This document shows positions 10,166 through 21,590 of a stretch of 64,000 nucleotides of DNA, one piece after another; the stretch's first letter is position 1; each line of letters starts with the position of its first letter. A program made the position numbers and the translations under genes. The notes beneath the pieces were generated by a model. It made no database searches, had not been told where the DNA came from, and saw only the letters and a program-made list of their open reading frames with translations. Origin of the DNA: Escherichia coli (lineage in GTDB: Bacteria; Pseudomonadota; Gammaproteobacteria; Enterobacterales; Enterobacteriaceae); the NCBI RefSeq assembly GCF_003334355.1, contig NZ_QOWP01000005.1. One strand, given 5' to 3'.

Positions 10166-10863
10166 AGGGATTGCCAGTTAGCCGGCCAGGCGACATACAG
10201 GAATTTCACGCTGGATGTCGTACCAAATTCGATGCTGGAGCCTTTCGGGATAAACATCACGTCGCCTGCTTTGGCGATCATGGTTTGGCCTTCGTGGCGA
10301 ACATGCAGCTCCCCTTCCAGCACCATGTCGATTTCGTCGTAGTTCAGGGTCCACGGGAAGAATGCGTTCTCCCACTGCATAAAACCGGCGGCCATGCTGC
10401 TGCCGTCGTCTCCGGTCACAAGATCAGTCAAGCCCACGCAATGCGGCTCTGCGCCGTCGAAACGACCAAACTTGACGCTACTGCCATCAATCACTTTGAT
10501 GCCGCCTTTGCCGGTCACCGATTTGAAGCTCGGCTGCATTGCGCCCTGCTCCAGCGACTGTTTTTCCTTCATCACTTTTTCCATCAGCTGTGCGACCAGG
10601 CTTTCGGTAAACTGGCCTTCCGGCAGCTGGGCAATGATGGTTTCGCGGATGCGCTGGCTTTCGGTTTTGTCGGCTGGCACGCTGGCGGGCACGGACGCCG
10701 TTACCGGGATCGATTCATCACATTCGGTGATGGTAAAACCCAGTAGATCCGCCACTTCACGGGCTTCCGGGGTAATAATGCTGGCGCGCAGAACCACGGA
10801 CATTGCCTGTTCGCCGCGCGCGTGTGCTTCACGAATATCATTCGCTGTGATGAGTTTTTTCAC
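10162..10863 (-). CDS. eutQ: ethanolamine utilisation protein EutQ (cupin domain)
   Basis: 233-aa ORF; recognised as EutQ; 4-nt overlap with eutT. Confidence 0.92.
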   Translation of the reverse strand: MKKLITANDIREAHARGEQAMSVVLRASIITPEAREVADLLGFTITECDESIPVTASVPASVPADKTESQRIRETIIAQLPEGQFTESLVAQLMEKVMKEKQSLEQGAMQPSFKSVTGKGGIKVIDGSSVKFGRFDGAEPHCVGLTDLVTGDDGSSMAAGFMQWENAFFPWTLNYDEIDMVLEGELHVRHEGQTMIAKAGDVMFIPKGSSIEFGTTSSVKFLYVAWPANWQSL

Positions 10864-11317
10864 CTGCTTCCTCCTGTTTGGTGAGAGATGCCAGATAATC
10901 CACCAGTTGCTGCACGCTTTGCGGGTCGTGGCTGTTTAGCACGAAAATCGGCTCTTCGAAACCCGTCTCAAGCAATAACTTTCGCGTTGCGGCGACGTCA
11001 GCATCTGGCATGTCCGTTTTACTGATGACGGCGATTTGCCGTTTGCTGACGCCAATATCCAGCAACCCGGCAGGCAACCGACTTTCCGGGTCATTTGCGC
11101 CATGGACATAGATCAGCATGTCTACATCCTGTAGCGTGGTAATTAAGGCGTGATACCAGCGGGGATGGTTAAAATATTCACCCGGCGTATCAATATCGCC
11201 CTTATCATTAAATTCCACGGCCTGTGTTTTTCTGGCGAGGGTATAATTCCCCTGCAACGCATTAAATAACGTTGTTTTTCCTGCCCCGACGCTACCCACA
11301 AACGCAATTCGTTTCAT
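10838..11317 (-). CDS. eutP: ethanolamine utilisation GTPase/acetate-kinase-like protein EutP
   Basis: 159-aa ORF with Walker A GSVGAGKTT; 26-nt overlap with eutQ. Confidence 0.92.
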   Translation of the reverse strand: MKRIAFVGSVGAGKTTLFNALQGNYTLARKTQAVEFNDKGDIDTPGEYFNHPRWYHALITTLQDVDMLIYVHGANDPESRLPAGLLDIGVSKRQIAVISKTDMPDADVAATRKLLLETGFEEPIFVLNSHDPQSVQQLVDYLASLTKQEEAGEKTHHSE

Positions 11318-11329
11318 GAATGCCTCGTA

Positions 11330-11665
11330 TTAACTTTTGGTCATTTCACAAAGCGTATAATTTAATAAGCGACCTAAACCGCTGACGGTTTGTGATAACG
11401 CTTCTTCTACTGCGCCCACCGAGCCATAAATCACCAATGCACCGCTGAATCGGTCGAGAAAACCGATATGCACATCAGCGGCTTTCAGCGCTAAATCACC
11501 GGCGATCATCGCCGTTTCGCCGGGAGTTAGCGTCATAATGCCAATTGCGCCCGCATCCGGAACGCCGATTTTCTTCGCCAGTTCCTCACCGGGATGCGCG
11601 ATGAGATGCGCCAGTGTGACCTGTTTGCCGGGCACAAATTCCTGAATGATGCGTTCTTTATCCAT
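11330..11665 (-). CDS. eutS: microcompartment shell protein EutS (permuted BMC domain)
   Basis: ORF track 11330..11737 trimmed to [15 protein letters not shown] (111 aa); first gene of the eut operon. Confidence 0.9.
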
Positions 11666-11957
11666 GAGTCGCCGCCTGTGAAAAACTTTCGTGTATCGTG
11701 ACAATTTTTCGTCAGAGTAAATAACAAAATTCGGCAAGCGCGTTTAAAAGGTGAGGTAGATCACTAAGAATGGAGAGATATTCGCTGTGGTGCATAAACT
11801 TTCATATGCAACGCATGAATATAAATAAAATAATATCGAGATATTATATAGACTGCTTTTTTTTATTATTCGCAAACTCAGTAATAAGCTTTACTAATAT
11901 ATTGCAGCTAAACTGCTTACCCTGAATATTCAGGGTAAGCGTGAGAGTTAAAAAAAA
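11666..11957 (-). promoter_or_regulatory. eut operon upstream regulatory region (main eut promoter expected here), very AT-rich
   Basis: 292-bp non-coding AT-rich tract immediately upstream of eutS on the minus strand; promoter position inferred, not mapped. Confidence 0.5.
11916..11939. other. perfect 24-bp palindrome CTTACCCTGAATATTCAGGGTAAG just downstream of the maeB stop (possible terminator-like stem-loop)
   Basis: Read directly; sequence is its own reverse complement; T-run lies between stop codon and stem on the maeB strand, so not a classical intrinsic terminator. Confidence 0.5.
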
Positions 11958-14237
11958 TTACAGCGGTTGGGTTTGCGCTTCTACCACGGCCAGCGCCACC
12001 ATGTTGACGATACGACGCACCGATGCGATCGGCGTTAACACGTGAACCGGTTTCGCCACACCCATCAGCACCGGGCCGACAGTCACACCTTCCGAGCTGG
12101 AAACACGCAGTAAGTTGTAACTAATGCGGGCAGCTTCCATGTTCGGCATCACCAGAATATTGGCGGAACCTTTCAAAGAGCTGTCCGGCATACGGTCGTT
12201 GCGAATCGCTTCCACCAGCGCTGCATCGCCGTGCATTTCACCATCAATCATCAGTTCTGGTGCACGTTCCCTGACCAGTTCCAGCGCCTGACGCATTTTG
12301 CTCGACGACGGGCAGTCAGAAGAACCAAAGTTGGAGTGCGACAACAAAGCAACGCGCGGCTCAATACCAAAACGACGGACAGTTTCTGCCGCCATCAAGG
12401 TGATCTCCGCCAGCTCTTCTGCATCCGGTTCATCATTAACATATGTATCGGCAATAAAGGTGTTACCACTCGGCAGCAGCAGCGCGTTCATGGCACCTGC
12501 GGTGTGAACGCCATCGCGATAACCAAAGACATTTTTCACCACGCTAAAATGTTCATGATAATCACCCACCGTACCGCAAATCATTGCATCGGCTTCCCCA
12601 CGCTGAACCATGATCGCGCCGATCACTGTCGGGTTACTGATCAGCGCCCGCTGCGCCTGTTCCTGAGTGACGCCGCGACGCTTCATGATCTGGAAGTATT
12701 CGGTCCAGTACTCTTTAAAGCGCGGATCGGATTCGTTATTGACGATCTCAAAATCAACGCCCGCTTTGATCTGCAAGCCCAGTTTCTGAATGCGCATTTC
12801 GATCACGTTCGGACGACCGATAAGGATCGGTTTCGCCAGTCCCAGCGTTACCAGTTCCTGAGTGGCATGCAGAACGCGCGCCTCTTCCCCTTCCGGCAGA
12901 ACAACGCGCTTCGGCGCTTTGCGAGCCTGGGAGAAAATCGGCTTCATAAACAGGTTGGTTTTGTAAACGAACTCAGTCAGCTTGTCGATGTAGACGTCGA
13001 AATCAGCAATCGGACGAGTCGCCACGCCCGACTCCATCGCGGCTTTAGCGACCGCAGGAGCGATCTTAACGATCAAGCGCGGATCAAAAGGTTTTGGAAT
13101 GATGTATTCCGGACCAAAGCTCAGATCCTGATCGCCATACGCTGAAGCCACCACTTCGCTCTGTTCCGCATGGGCGAGTTCTGCAATCGCACGTACCGCC
13201 GCCAGTTTCATCTCTTCGTTGATGGCGGTTGCGCCAACGTCCAGCGCGCCACGGAAGATGAACGGGAAGCACAGGACGTTGTTCACCTGGTTCGGATAGT
13301 CAGAACGACCGGTGCAAATGATGGCATCCGGACGCACTTCTTTCGCCAGCGGCGGCAGAATTTCCGGTTCCGGGTTCGCCAGCGCCAGGATCATTGGCGC
13401 ACGAGCCATTTTCTTCACCATTTCCTGGGTCAGCACTTTCGGGCCGGAACAGCCCAGGAAAATATCCGCGCCTTCAATCACATCATCGAGGGTACGTTTG
13501 CCGTCATCCACCACCGCATATGCGGCTTTGGTTTCCGCCATGTTTGGCTCACGGCCCTGATAGATAACGCCTTTTGAATCGCAAACCACGATGTTATGTT
13601 TTTGCAGACCCAGCGCTACCAGCAGGTTCATACAGGCGATTGCTGCGGCACCCGCGCCGGAAACCACCATCCGCACGTCGGAGATGTTTTTCTCCACCAC
13701 GCGCAAGCCGTTGAGGATGGCGGCAGTGCTGATAATTGCCGTGCCGTGCTGATCGTCGTGGAATACCGGAATATTCATCCGCTCGCGCAGTTTCTGTTCA
13801 ATATAGAAACATTCTGGCGCTTTAATGTCTTCGAGGTTGATGCCGCCGAAGGTTGGTTCGAGCGCGGCGACAACTTCAATAAATTTGTCCGGGTCGAGTT
13901 CGTCAACTTCAATGTCAAATACATCAATCCCGGCGAATTTCTTAAACAGAACGCCCTTGCCTTCCATCACCGGTTTGCCTGCCAGCGCGCCAATGTTGCC
14001 TAACCCCAGCACCGCCGTACCGTTAGAGATCACCGCCACCAGGTTACCGCGGGCGGTATATTTGTAGGCTTTTAACGGGTCTTTTTCGATTTCAAGACAA
14101 GGTGCGGCAACGCCTGGTGAGTAGGCCAGCGCCAGATCGCGCTGTGTTGCCAGAGGCTTGGTTGGAGAAACCTGGATTTTCCCTGGAACTGGAAATTCAT
14201 GGAAATCAAGTGCACTTTGTTTTAACTGGTCATCCAT
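11958..14237 (-). CDS. maeB: NADP-dependent malic enzyme MaeB (malic enzyme + Pta-like C-terminal domain)
   Basis: 759-aa ORF; recognised sequence. Confidence 0.95.
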
Positions 14238-14525
14238 TTGGTTGTTCCTTTCACGTAACGTTCACAAATAAAGTGTGTGGGCAACAGCCCCTGCCCACAA
14301 CGTGGCGCACATTATTACCCTGCCGGAGTCTACAGACTTTGAGCAAGTCCAAACTCTCACCATTAATATAATGTTTTGGTAATAATCCTATAACACTGAT
14401 GTTACCTGCTTAATCCAGCAATACCATGCCTGTCTGCTATGCTTTTTTGATGCGTTTAGCGAAATTTCTCAGAAGTGTGAATTAACGCACTCATCTAACA
14501 CTTTACTTTTCAAGGAGTATTTCCT

Positions 14526-15476
14526 ATGAACGAGTTAGACGGCATCAAACAGTTCACCACTGTCGTGGCAGACAGCGGCGATATTGAGTCCATTCGCCAT
14601 TATCATCCCCAGGATGCCACCACCAATCCTTCGCTGTTACTCAAAGCTGCCGGATTATCACAATATGAGCATTTAATAGACGATGCTATCGCCTGGGGTA
14701 AAAAAAATGGCAAGACCCAGGAACAACAGGTGGTCGCAGCGTGTGACAAACTGGCGGTCAATTTCGGTGCTGAAATCCTCAAAATCGTACCCGGTCGCGT
14801 GTCAACAGAAGTTGATGCACGCCTCTCTTTTGATAAAGAAAAGAGTATTGAGAAGGCGCGCCATCTGGTGGACTTGTATCAGCAACAAGGCGTTGAGAAA
14901 TCACGCATTCTGATCAAGCTGGCTTCGACCTGGGAAGGAATTCGCGCGGCAGAAGAGCTGGAAAAAGAAGGTATTAACTGCAACCTGACGCTGCTGTTTT
15001 CTTTTGCACAGGCACGGGCCTGTGCGGAAGCAGGCGTTTTTCTGATTTCGCCGTTTGTCGGGCGTATTTATGACTGGTATCAGGCACGCAAGCCGATGGA
15101 CCCGTATGTGGTGGAAGAAGATCCGGGCGTTAAATCGGTGCGCAATATCTACGACTACTATAAGCAACACCACTATGAAACCATTGTGATGGGCGCGAGC
15201 TTCCGTCGCACCGAACAAATCCTCGCCTTAACCGGCTGCGATCGACTGACTATCGCACCGAATTTACTGAAGGAGCTGCAGGAAAAAGTTTCGCCAGTGG
15301 TACGTAAATTAATCCCACCTTCTCAGACGTTCCCACGCCCAGCTCCCATGAGCGAAGCGGAGTTCCGTTGGGAGCACAATCAGGATGCGATGGCGGTAGA
15401 AAAACTGTCTGAAGGCATTCGTCTGTTCGCCGTTGATCAACGCAAACTGGAAGATCTTCTTGCCGCCAAACTATAA
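14526..15476 (+). CDS. talA: transaldolase A
   Basis: 316-aa ORF; RBS AGGAG upstream; recognised transaldolase. Confidence 0.95.
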   Translation: MNELDGIKQFTTVVADSGDIESIRHYHPQDATTNPSLLLKAAGLSQYEHLIDDAIAWGKKNGKTQEQQVVAACDKLAVNFGAEILKIVPGRVSTEVDARLSFDKEKSIEKARHLVDLYQQQGVEKSRILIKLASTWEGIRAAEELEKEGINCNLTLLFSFAQARACAEAGVFLISPFVGRIYDWYQARKPMDPYVVEEDPGVKSVRNIYDYYKQHHYETIVMGASFRRTEQILALTGCDRLTIAPNLLKELQEKVSPVVRKLIPPSQTFPRPAPMSEAEFRWEHNQDAMAVEKLSEGIRLFAVDQRKLEDLLAAKL

Positions 15477-15495
15477 ACCAGCCACGGAGTGTTAT

Positions 15496-17499
15496 ATGTC
15501 CCGAAAAGACCTTGCCAATGCGATTCGCGCACTCAGTATGGATGCGGTACAAAAAGCCAACTCTGGTCATCCCGGCGCGCCGATGGGCATGGCTGATATT
15601 GCCGAAGTGCTGTGGAACGATTTTCTTAAACATAACCCTACCGACCCAACCTGGTATGATCGCGACCGCTTTATTCTTTCCAACGGTCACGCGTCGATGC
15701 TGCTCTACAGTTTGCTACATCTGACCGGTTACGACCTGCCGCTGGAAGAACTGAAGAACTTCCGTCAGTTGCATTCGAAAACCCCAGGCCACCCGGAGAT
15801 TGGCTATACGCCAGGCGTTGAAACCACCACCGGCCCGCTTGGACAAGGTTTGGCGAACGCCGTCGGGCTGGCGATAGCAGAGCGTACACTGGCGGCGCAG
15901 TTTAACCAGCCAGACCATGAGATCGTCGATCACTTCACCTATGTGTTTATGGGCGACGGCTGCCTGATGGAAGGTATTTCCCACGAAGTCTGTTCGCTGG
16001 CAGGCACGCTGGGACTGGGCAAGCTGATTGGTTTTTACGATCACAACGGTATTTCCATCGACGGTGAAACAGAAGGCTGGTTTACCGACGATACGGCAAA
16101 ACGTTTTGAAGCCTATCACTGGCATGTGATCCATGAAATCGACGGTCACGATCCGCAGGCGGTGAAGGAAGCGATCCTTGAAGCGCAAAGCGTGAAAGAT
16201 AAGCCGTCGCTGATTATCTGCCGTACGGTGATTGGCTTTGGTTCGCCGAATAAAGCAGGTAAGGAAGAGGCGCACGGCGCACCACTGGGGGAAGAAGAAG
16301 TGGCGCTGGCACGGCAAAAACTGGGCTGGCACCATCCGCCATTTGAGATCCCTAAAGAGATTTATCACGCCTGGGATGCCCGTGAAAAAGGCGAAAAAGC
16401 GCAGCAGAGCTGGAATGAGAAGTTTGCCGCCTATAAAAAGGCTCATCCGCAACTGGCAGAAGAGTTTACCCGACGGATGAGCGGTGGTTTACCGAAGGAC
16501 TGGGAGAAAACGACTCAGAAATATATCAATGAGTTACAGGCAAATCCGGCGAAAATCGCTACCCGTAAGGCTTCGCAAAATACGCTTAACGCTTACGGGC
16601 CGATGCTGCCTGAGTTGCTCGGCGGTTCGGCGGATCTGGCTCCCAGCAACCTGACCATCTGGAAAGGTTCTGTTTCGCTGAAGGAAGATCCAGCGGGCAA
16701 CTACATTCACTACGGGGTGCGTGAATTTGGCATGACCGCTATCGCCAACGGCATCGCGCACCACGGCGGCTTTGTGCCGTATACCGCGACGTTCCTGATG
16801 TTTGTTGAATACGCCCGTAACGCCGCGCGGATGGCGGCACTGATGAAAGCGCGGCAGATTATGGTTTATACCCACGACTCAATTGGCCTGGGCGAAGATG
16901 GTCCGACGCACCAGGCTGTTGAGCAACTGGCCAGCCTGCGCTTAACGCCAAATTTCAGCACCTGGCGACCGTGCGATCAGGTGGAAGCGGCGGTGGGCTG
17001 GAAGCTGGCGGTTGAGCGCCACAACGGACCGACGGCACTGATCCTCTCAAGGCAGAATCTGGCCCAGGTGGAACGTACGCCGGATCAGGTTAAAGAGATT
17101 GCTCGTGGCGGTTATGTGCTGAAAGACAGCGGCGGTAAGCCAGATATTATTCTGATTGCCACCGGTTCAGAGATGGAAATTACCCTGCAAGCGGCAGAAA
17201 AATTAGCAGGAGAAGGTCGCAATGTACGCGTAGTTTCCCTGCCCTCGACCGATATTTTCGACGCCCAGGATGAGGAATATCGGGAGTCGGTGTTGCCTTC
17301 TAACGTTGCGGCTCGCGTGGCGGTGGAAGCAGGTATTGCCGATTACTGGTACAAGTATGTTGGTCTGAAAGGGGCAATTGTCGGGATGACGGGTTACGGG
17401 GAATCTGCTCCGGCGGATAAGCTGTTCCCGTTCTTTGGCTTTACCGCCGAGAATATTGTGGCAAAAGCGCATAAGGTGCTGGGAGTGAAAGGTGCCTGA
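15496..17499 (+). CDS. tktB: transketolase 2
   Basis: ORF track 15433..17499 trimmed to [13 protein letters not shown] (667 aa); transketolase family. Confidence 0.93.
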   Translation: MSRKDLANAIRALSMDAVQKANSGHPGAPMGMADIAEVLWNDFLKHNPTDPTWYDRDRFILSNGHASMLLYSLLHLTGYDLPLEELKNFRQLHSKTPGHPEIGYTPGVETTTGPLGQGLANAVGLAIAERTLAAQFNQPDHEIVDHFTYVFMGDGCLMEGISHEVCSLAGTLGLGKLIGFYDHNGISIDGETEGWFTDDTAKRFEAYHWHVIHEIDGHDPQAVKEAILEAQSVKDKPSLIICRTVIGFGSPNKAGKEEAHGAPLGEEEVALARQKLGWHHPPFEIPKEIYHAWDAREKGEKAQQSWNEKFAAYKKAHPQLAEEFTRRMSGGLPKDWEKTTQKYINELQANPAKIATRKASQNTLNAYGPMLPELLGGSADLAPSNLTIWKGSVSLKEDPAGNYIHYGVREFGMTAIANGIAHHGGFVPYTATFLMFVEYARNAARMAALMKARQIMVYTHDSIGLGEDGPTHQAVEQLASLRLTPNFSTWRPCDQVEAAVGWKLAVERHNGPTALILSRQNLAQVERTPDQVKEIARGGYVLKDSGGKPDIILIATGSEMEITLQAAEKLAGEGRNVRVVSLPSTDIFDAQDEEYRESVLPSNVAARVAVEAGIADYWYKYVGLKGAIVGMTGYGESAPADKLFPFFGFTAENIVAKAHKVLGVKGA

Positions 17500-17505
17500 T
17501 GGTGA

Positions 17506-17582
17506 TTGCCGGATGCTGATTGCCGGATGCGACGCTGACGCGTCTTATCCGGCCTACAGCGTCTTATCCGGCCTACATGTCC
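17506..17582. repeat. REP elements (GCCGGATGCGACGCTGACGCGTCTTATCCGGCCTACA type) between tktB and ypfG
   Basis: REP consensus read directly; internal direct repetition of CGTCTTATCCGGCCTACA. Confidence 0.85.
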
Positions 17583-17593
17583 CGCCATTTTGT

Positions 17594-18637
17594 TTAACGG
17601 GTGATCCACAACGTGGGCCAGGCGTCTGGCCCATGCCAGTTATCGCAGGTGGGTTCTGCGGCGTAACGCACCAGGCGAAAACGCTGACCGTCAAAGCGCC
17701 AGCGCGCCTGAATGCCACAATCGCTTAATCCGCGCCCTTTCGCTAAGGTCACCAGTTCACGCGATTTCTCATCAAATGTTGCGTTCATCAGTTCCAGTTC
17801 ATTCGTCTCCTGACCGTTGTTGAACGGCAAACGCAACCGAACCGGGCGCGAAGCTAGTGGCTTTTTACGCGACACAATCCATGCCAAATCAATGGTGTTA
17901 TAGGCCCCTGCCTCACAGCTAATCATCATCAGCGCTTTATCATCAGTCAGCGCAGTGACATTCACCTCACGACGCAATGGATCAAGCGAGCAGCGCAGAC
18001 CATTCATCCGCCAGTTTCCATAATCCAGCAAATCGTTGCGTTCTTCGAGTGAGAGTGGCGTCGGCGTTGGGTTAACCACCGCGCCCCCTTTCAGCGCAGG
18101 CGCGGGCGGTACGCTGAGCGGCGGTTCGTCCCCTTTCTTGATCCACGCGGTTTCACTGCCAACGCGCTTTTGCTGAGCATCAATAAACAACAACGCTGCT
18201 TTTAAGCCACTCAGAGAAATGGTCTGATCGCCATCGCGTAAGGTGATTGCCTTCCCTTCCTGAATCATCTGCAAAAACGCGGTGATGGTTGCCGTATCAT
18301 CGGTTACTAATAACCATGGTGAAATCCGCCACTTGTCACCACTTAACGCCAACGGCTCGCCATCTAACAGCAGCCGTGGCGCTATCTCCCCTTCTGACGC
18401 CTCCGGCGACTTCAATCCGCCGCGCTCAATACGTAAAACGGCATCGGTATGCGCCCCGGCGCTGCGGCTCAGGGTCATCACCAGTCCATTATGATCGCCC
18501 GTATTACGCGCCACGCAGAAATTTTGGTTATTACAGGTGACCTGCCAGTCGGAAAACGCCCGTTGCGCTGGTGCCGCCCACACCAAAGACGTCGGCAACA
18601 AAGCGAAAAAAAAGAGAAGGAAAATGCGATAGCGCAT
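17594..18637 (-). CDS. ypfG: DUF1176 family periplasmic protein YpfG (function unknown)
   Basis: 347-aa ORF with N-terminal signal-peptide-like segment MRYRIFLLFFFALLPTSLVWAAP. Confidence 0.85.
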   Translation of the reverse strand: MRYRIFLLFFFALLPTSLVWAAPAQRAFSDWQVTCNNQNFCVARNTGDHNGLVMTLSRSAGAHTDAVLRIERGGLKSPEASEGEIAPRLLLDGEPLALSGDKWRISPWLLVTDDTATITAFLQMIQEGKAITLRDGDQTISLSGLKAALLFIDAQQKRVGSETAWIKKGDEPPLSVPPAPALKGGAVVNPTPTPLSLEERNDLLDYGNWRMNGLRCSLDPLRREVNVTALTDDKALMMISCEAGAYNTIDLAWIVSRKKPLASRPVRLRLPFNNGQETNELELMNATFDEKSRELVTLAKGRGLSDCGIQARWRFDGQRFRLVRYAAEPTCDNWHGPDAWPTLWITR

Positions 18638-18762
18638 GGACGGTACGACCCCAGAAGTTCAAACAAACAGCACAAGTCGTATCTTCGTTGCGCAGGTAGC
18701 GCGGCTCAATCGGATTTGTCGGATTGAGCCAATAATAAACAACGAAATATTATTGTTATTTT

Positions 18763-19338
18763 TCAGTCCATTAAATGTGACGTTTGCAAATAGTTAAGCA
18801 ATAACACCGTCTTACCGTCACGTATCTCGCCGGTTTTGATCATCTCCAGCGCCTGGCTGAACGGCAGCTCGAGCACTTCAATATCTTCATCTTCGACACC
18901 GCCACCGGCGTTAGCGCGCTGATTGTCACTGTATTCGGCGATAAAAAAGTGGATTAGCTCAGTCACACCGCCTGGCGACATATACAGTTCAAATAATTTG
19001 CGCACTTCACCCACTTCATAGCCCGTCTCTTCAATCGCTTCTTTGCGAATACACACTTCCGGTTCGTCGTTATCCAGCAGCCCGGCGCAGCTTTCAATCA
19101 GCTGCCCGCTTTTATTGCCATTAACCCAGGTAGCGACACGGAACTGACGAATCAGAACCACGGTCTTTTTCTTCGTGTTGTACAGGAGGATCGTCGCACC
19201 ATTGCCGCGATCGTACACTTCACGTTTATGGCGGATAACTTCGCCGTCTTTGCGCGTGAGATCGTAAGTAATGTTGTGCAGGGTGAAATAGTTATCGGAG
19301 AGAATTTTGTCTTTAATGAGGGTGATTTGTTGCGTCAT
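18763..19338 (-). CDS. nudK: GDP-mannose pyrophosphatase NudK (Nudix hydrolase)
   Basis: ORF track trimmed to [13 protein letters not shown] (191 aa); Nudix box region present. Confidence 0.9.
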   Translation of the reverse strand: MTQQITLIKDKILSDNYFTLHNITYDLTRKDGEVIRHKREVYDRGNGATILLYNTKKKTVVLIRQFRVATWVNGNKSGQLIESCAGLLDNDEPEVCIRKEAIEETGYEVGEVRKLFELYMSPGGVTELIHFFIAEYSDNQRANAGGGVEDEDIEVLELPFSQALEMIKTGEIRDGKTVLLLNYLQTSHLMD

Positions 19339-19405
19339 ACCGACTCCACAGCGCGAAATGAACAATTATCTTACGCTGTGAAGTCGGGTTTGTCTGCGCA
19401 GGCTA

Positions 19406-21385
19406 TCAGTGAGATTTGACTGATTTTACCCCCAGCCAGTCAATAATCCCCTGTGCCGCATGACGTCCTTCTGCCATTGCGGTAACCACCAGATCCGCAC
19501 CACGCACGGCGTCACCACCAGCGAAGATTTTCGGATTGGTGGTCTGGTAACGGTACTGGCTTTCCACATCCGCGATGATGCGGCCCCATTTGTCTACCGT
19601 TACACCGTGCGACTCCAGCCACGGCATCCCGTGCGGATTGAAGCCAAACGCCATAATCACCGCGTCGGCTGGCATGACAAATTCACTGCCTTCCACCGGC
19701 ACTGGACGCCGACGCCCCTGGGCATCCGGCTCGCCAAGACGCGTGCGCAGGAAACGAATCCCGCAGACGTGACCTTGTTCATTCAGCTCAAGCGCCACCG
19801 GCTGGACGTTAAATTCGAAGTTGGCCCCCTCTTCGCGGGCGTTCTTCACTTCTTTCTTCGAGCCTGGCATGTTAGCTTCATCACGACGATAAGCGCAGGT
19901 GACGTTACTCGCGCCGTGGCGCAGTGCGGTACGCACACAGTCCATCGCGGTGTCGCCGCCGCCCAGTACCACGACGTTAAGTCCGGCGGTATTGATAAAC
20001 GGCTCTTCCGGTAGCTCTTCGAGCCCCATCACCTGTTTAGTGTTGGCAATGAGGAACGGCAGCGCGTCATAAACGCCCGGCGCATCTTCATTGGGTAAAC
20101 CCGCTTTCATGGAACGGTAAGTGCCTACGCCAACGAAGACCGCGTCGTATTGTTCCAAAAGCGAATCCAAAGAGACATCTTTACCCACTTCACAATTGAG
20201 TTCGAAGTGAATCCCCATCGCGCTGAAGATTTCCCGACGGCGTGCCAGCAGGGATTTATCCAGTTTGAAAGAAGGAATGCCGAAAGTGAGCAAGCCACCG
20301 ATTTCTGGATGGCGATCGTACACCGTCACCCCCACGCCATTGCGGGTCAGAACATCCGCACAGGCCAGCCCTGCCGGACCTGCACCGATAATCGCCACCC
20401 GCTTGTCCACTTTGGTGACATGGCTTAAGTCAGGACGCCAACCTTTCGCCAACGCCTGATCTGAAATGTAGCGTTCAATGTTGCCGATAGTTACCGCGCC
20501 GTGCTCATCGCGAATAGTACAGGCACCTTCACACAAACGGTCTTGCGGACAAACGCGTCCGGTAATTTCCGGCAGGGTGTTGGTCTGGTGAGAAAGCTCG
20601 ACGGCGGCGTCGATGTTTCCGGCTTTCACCAGTTCAATCCACTGCGGTATATGGTTATGCAGCGGGCAGGTCCATTCACAAACGCTGTGCTCGCCGCACT
20701 TAAGGCAGCGCGAGGCTTCCCGTTGTGCCTGGTCGGCGCGAAATGGCAGATAAATTTCATCAAAACCGGTTTTGCGCGCTTCAATCGCCAGTTTATCCGG
20801 CTCGCCACGCGCGGGCGTTGCCTGCATTTGTTCGACTTTACTCATTACCGGCATTTCTTGCGCCGCGGTACTGGCATGCCACGGTTGATGTTCCTGACGC
20901 GCGGTGCGCAAGCGGCGGGATTTCGCTATGCCGGAGAGTGCGACGTCAGTGACCAGTTGCAGCGCGTCCGCCGGGCAATTCTCAACACAGGCAGGACCGT
21001 TTTCGCGCCCCGCACAAAGGTCGCATTTATGCGCCGTGGCTTTTACTTTTCCTGCCGCGACGGGTGTCAGGACGATTTGCATCGTACCAAAAGGACAGGC
21101 CACCACGCAGGATTTACAGCCAATACACTTTTGCTGATTGACCTGAATGCTGTCATCAACGTGGCTGATTGCGCCATTAGGGCAGCTACGGGCGCAGGGC
21201 GCATCTTCACAATGGTGACAGGTCACTGCACTACGTTGCTGTTGATGTTTGATAACCGTAATTCGGGGATGAAAATGGTGTTGGCTCAGGACATGTTGCT
21301 CATCATTGTGAGCCATGACACAGGCGATTTCACAAGCATGACAACCCAGACATTGCTGACTGTTGGCCATAATAAAACGATTCAT
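19406..21385 (-). CDS. aegA: AegA, Fe-S cluster-containing oxidoreductase (ferredoxin-like N-terminus fused to GltD-like NAD(P)H/FAD domain)
   Basis: 659-aa ORF; multiple CxxCxxCxxxCP motifs (CLGCHACEIAC, CIGCKSCVVACP) followed by GAGPAG dinucleotide-binding motif. Confidence 0.9.
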   Translation of the reverse strand: MNRFIMANSQQCLGCHACEIACVMAHNDEQHVLSQHHFHPRITVIKHQQQRSAVTCHHCEDAPCARSCPNGAISHVDDSIQVNQQKCIGCKSCVVACPFGTMQIVLTPVAAGKVKATAHKCDLCAGRENGPACVENCPADALQLVTDVALSGIAKSRRLRTARQEHQPWHASTAAQEMPVMSKVEQMQATPARGEPDKLAIEARKTGFDEIYLPFRADQAQREASRCLKCGEHSVCEWTCPLHNHIPQWIELVKAGNIDAAVELSHQTNTLPEITGRVCPQDRLCEGACTIRDEHGAVTIGNIERYISDQALAKGWRPDLSHVTKVDKRVAIIGAGPAGLACADVLTRNGVGVTVYDRHPEIGGLLTFGIPSFKLDKSLLARRREIFSAMGIHFELNCEVGKDVSLDSLLEQYDAVFVGVGTYRSMKAGLPNEDAPGVYDALPFLIANTKQVMGLEELPEEPFINTAGLNVVVLGGGDTAMDCVRTALRHGASNVTCAYRRDEANMPGSKKEVKNAREEGANFEFNVQPVALELNEQGHVCGIRFLRTRLGEPDAQGRRRPVPVEGSEFVMPADAVIMAFGFNPHGMPWLESHGVTVDKWGRIIADVESQYRYQTTNPKIFAGGDAVRGADLVVTAMAEGRHAAQGIIDWLGVKSVKSH

Positions 21386-21590
21386 AACGACCTTCTTTTT
21401 TGGTTGTAAAAACCTTATTCTTTATATGAGTGTTGTTATTACCCGACTTACAGGGGAATCGGCAATGTTCATGTGCCCAGAATAAGTAACTATTTCGCTA
21501 TAAACTGTGGCAGATCAAATAATCCCATCACTGACTAAATTGCGTTTCAGCGAACTGGAACATTAATGATTTTTTGTGGAGAAGACGCGT

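Noticed and set aside
18638-18762. Imperfect inverted repeat (GGCTCAATCGGA...TCGGATTGAGCC) between nudK and ypfG as a terminator or small RNA
   Set aside because: The stem has a mismatch and no adjacent U-tract on either strand; not enough evidence to call a feature.
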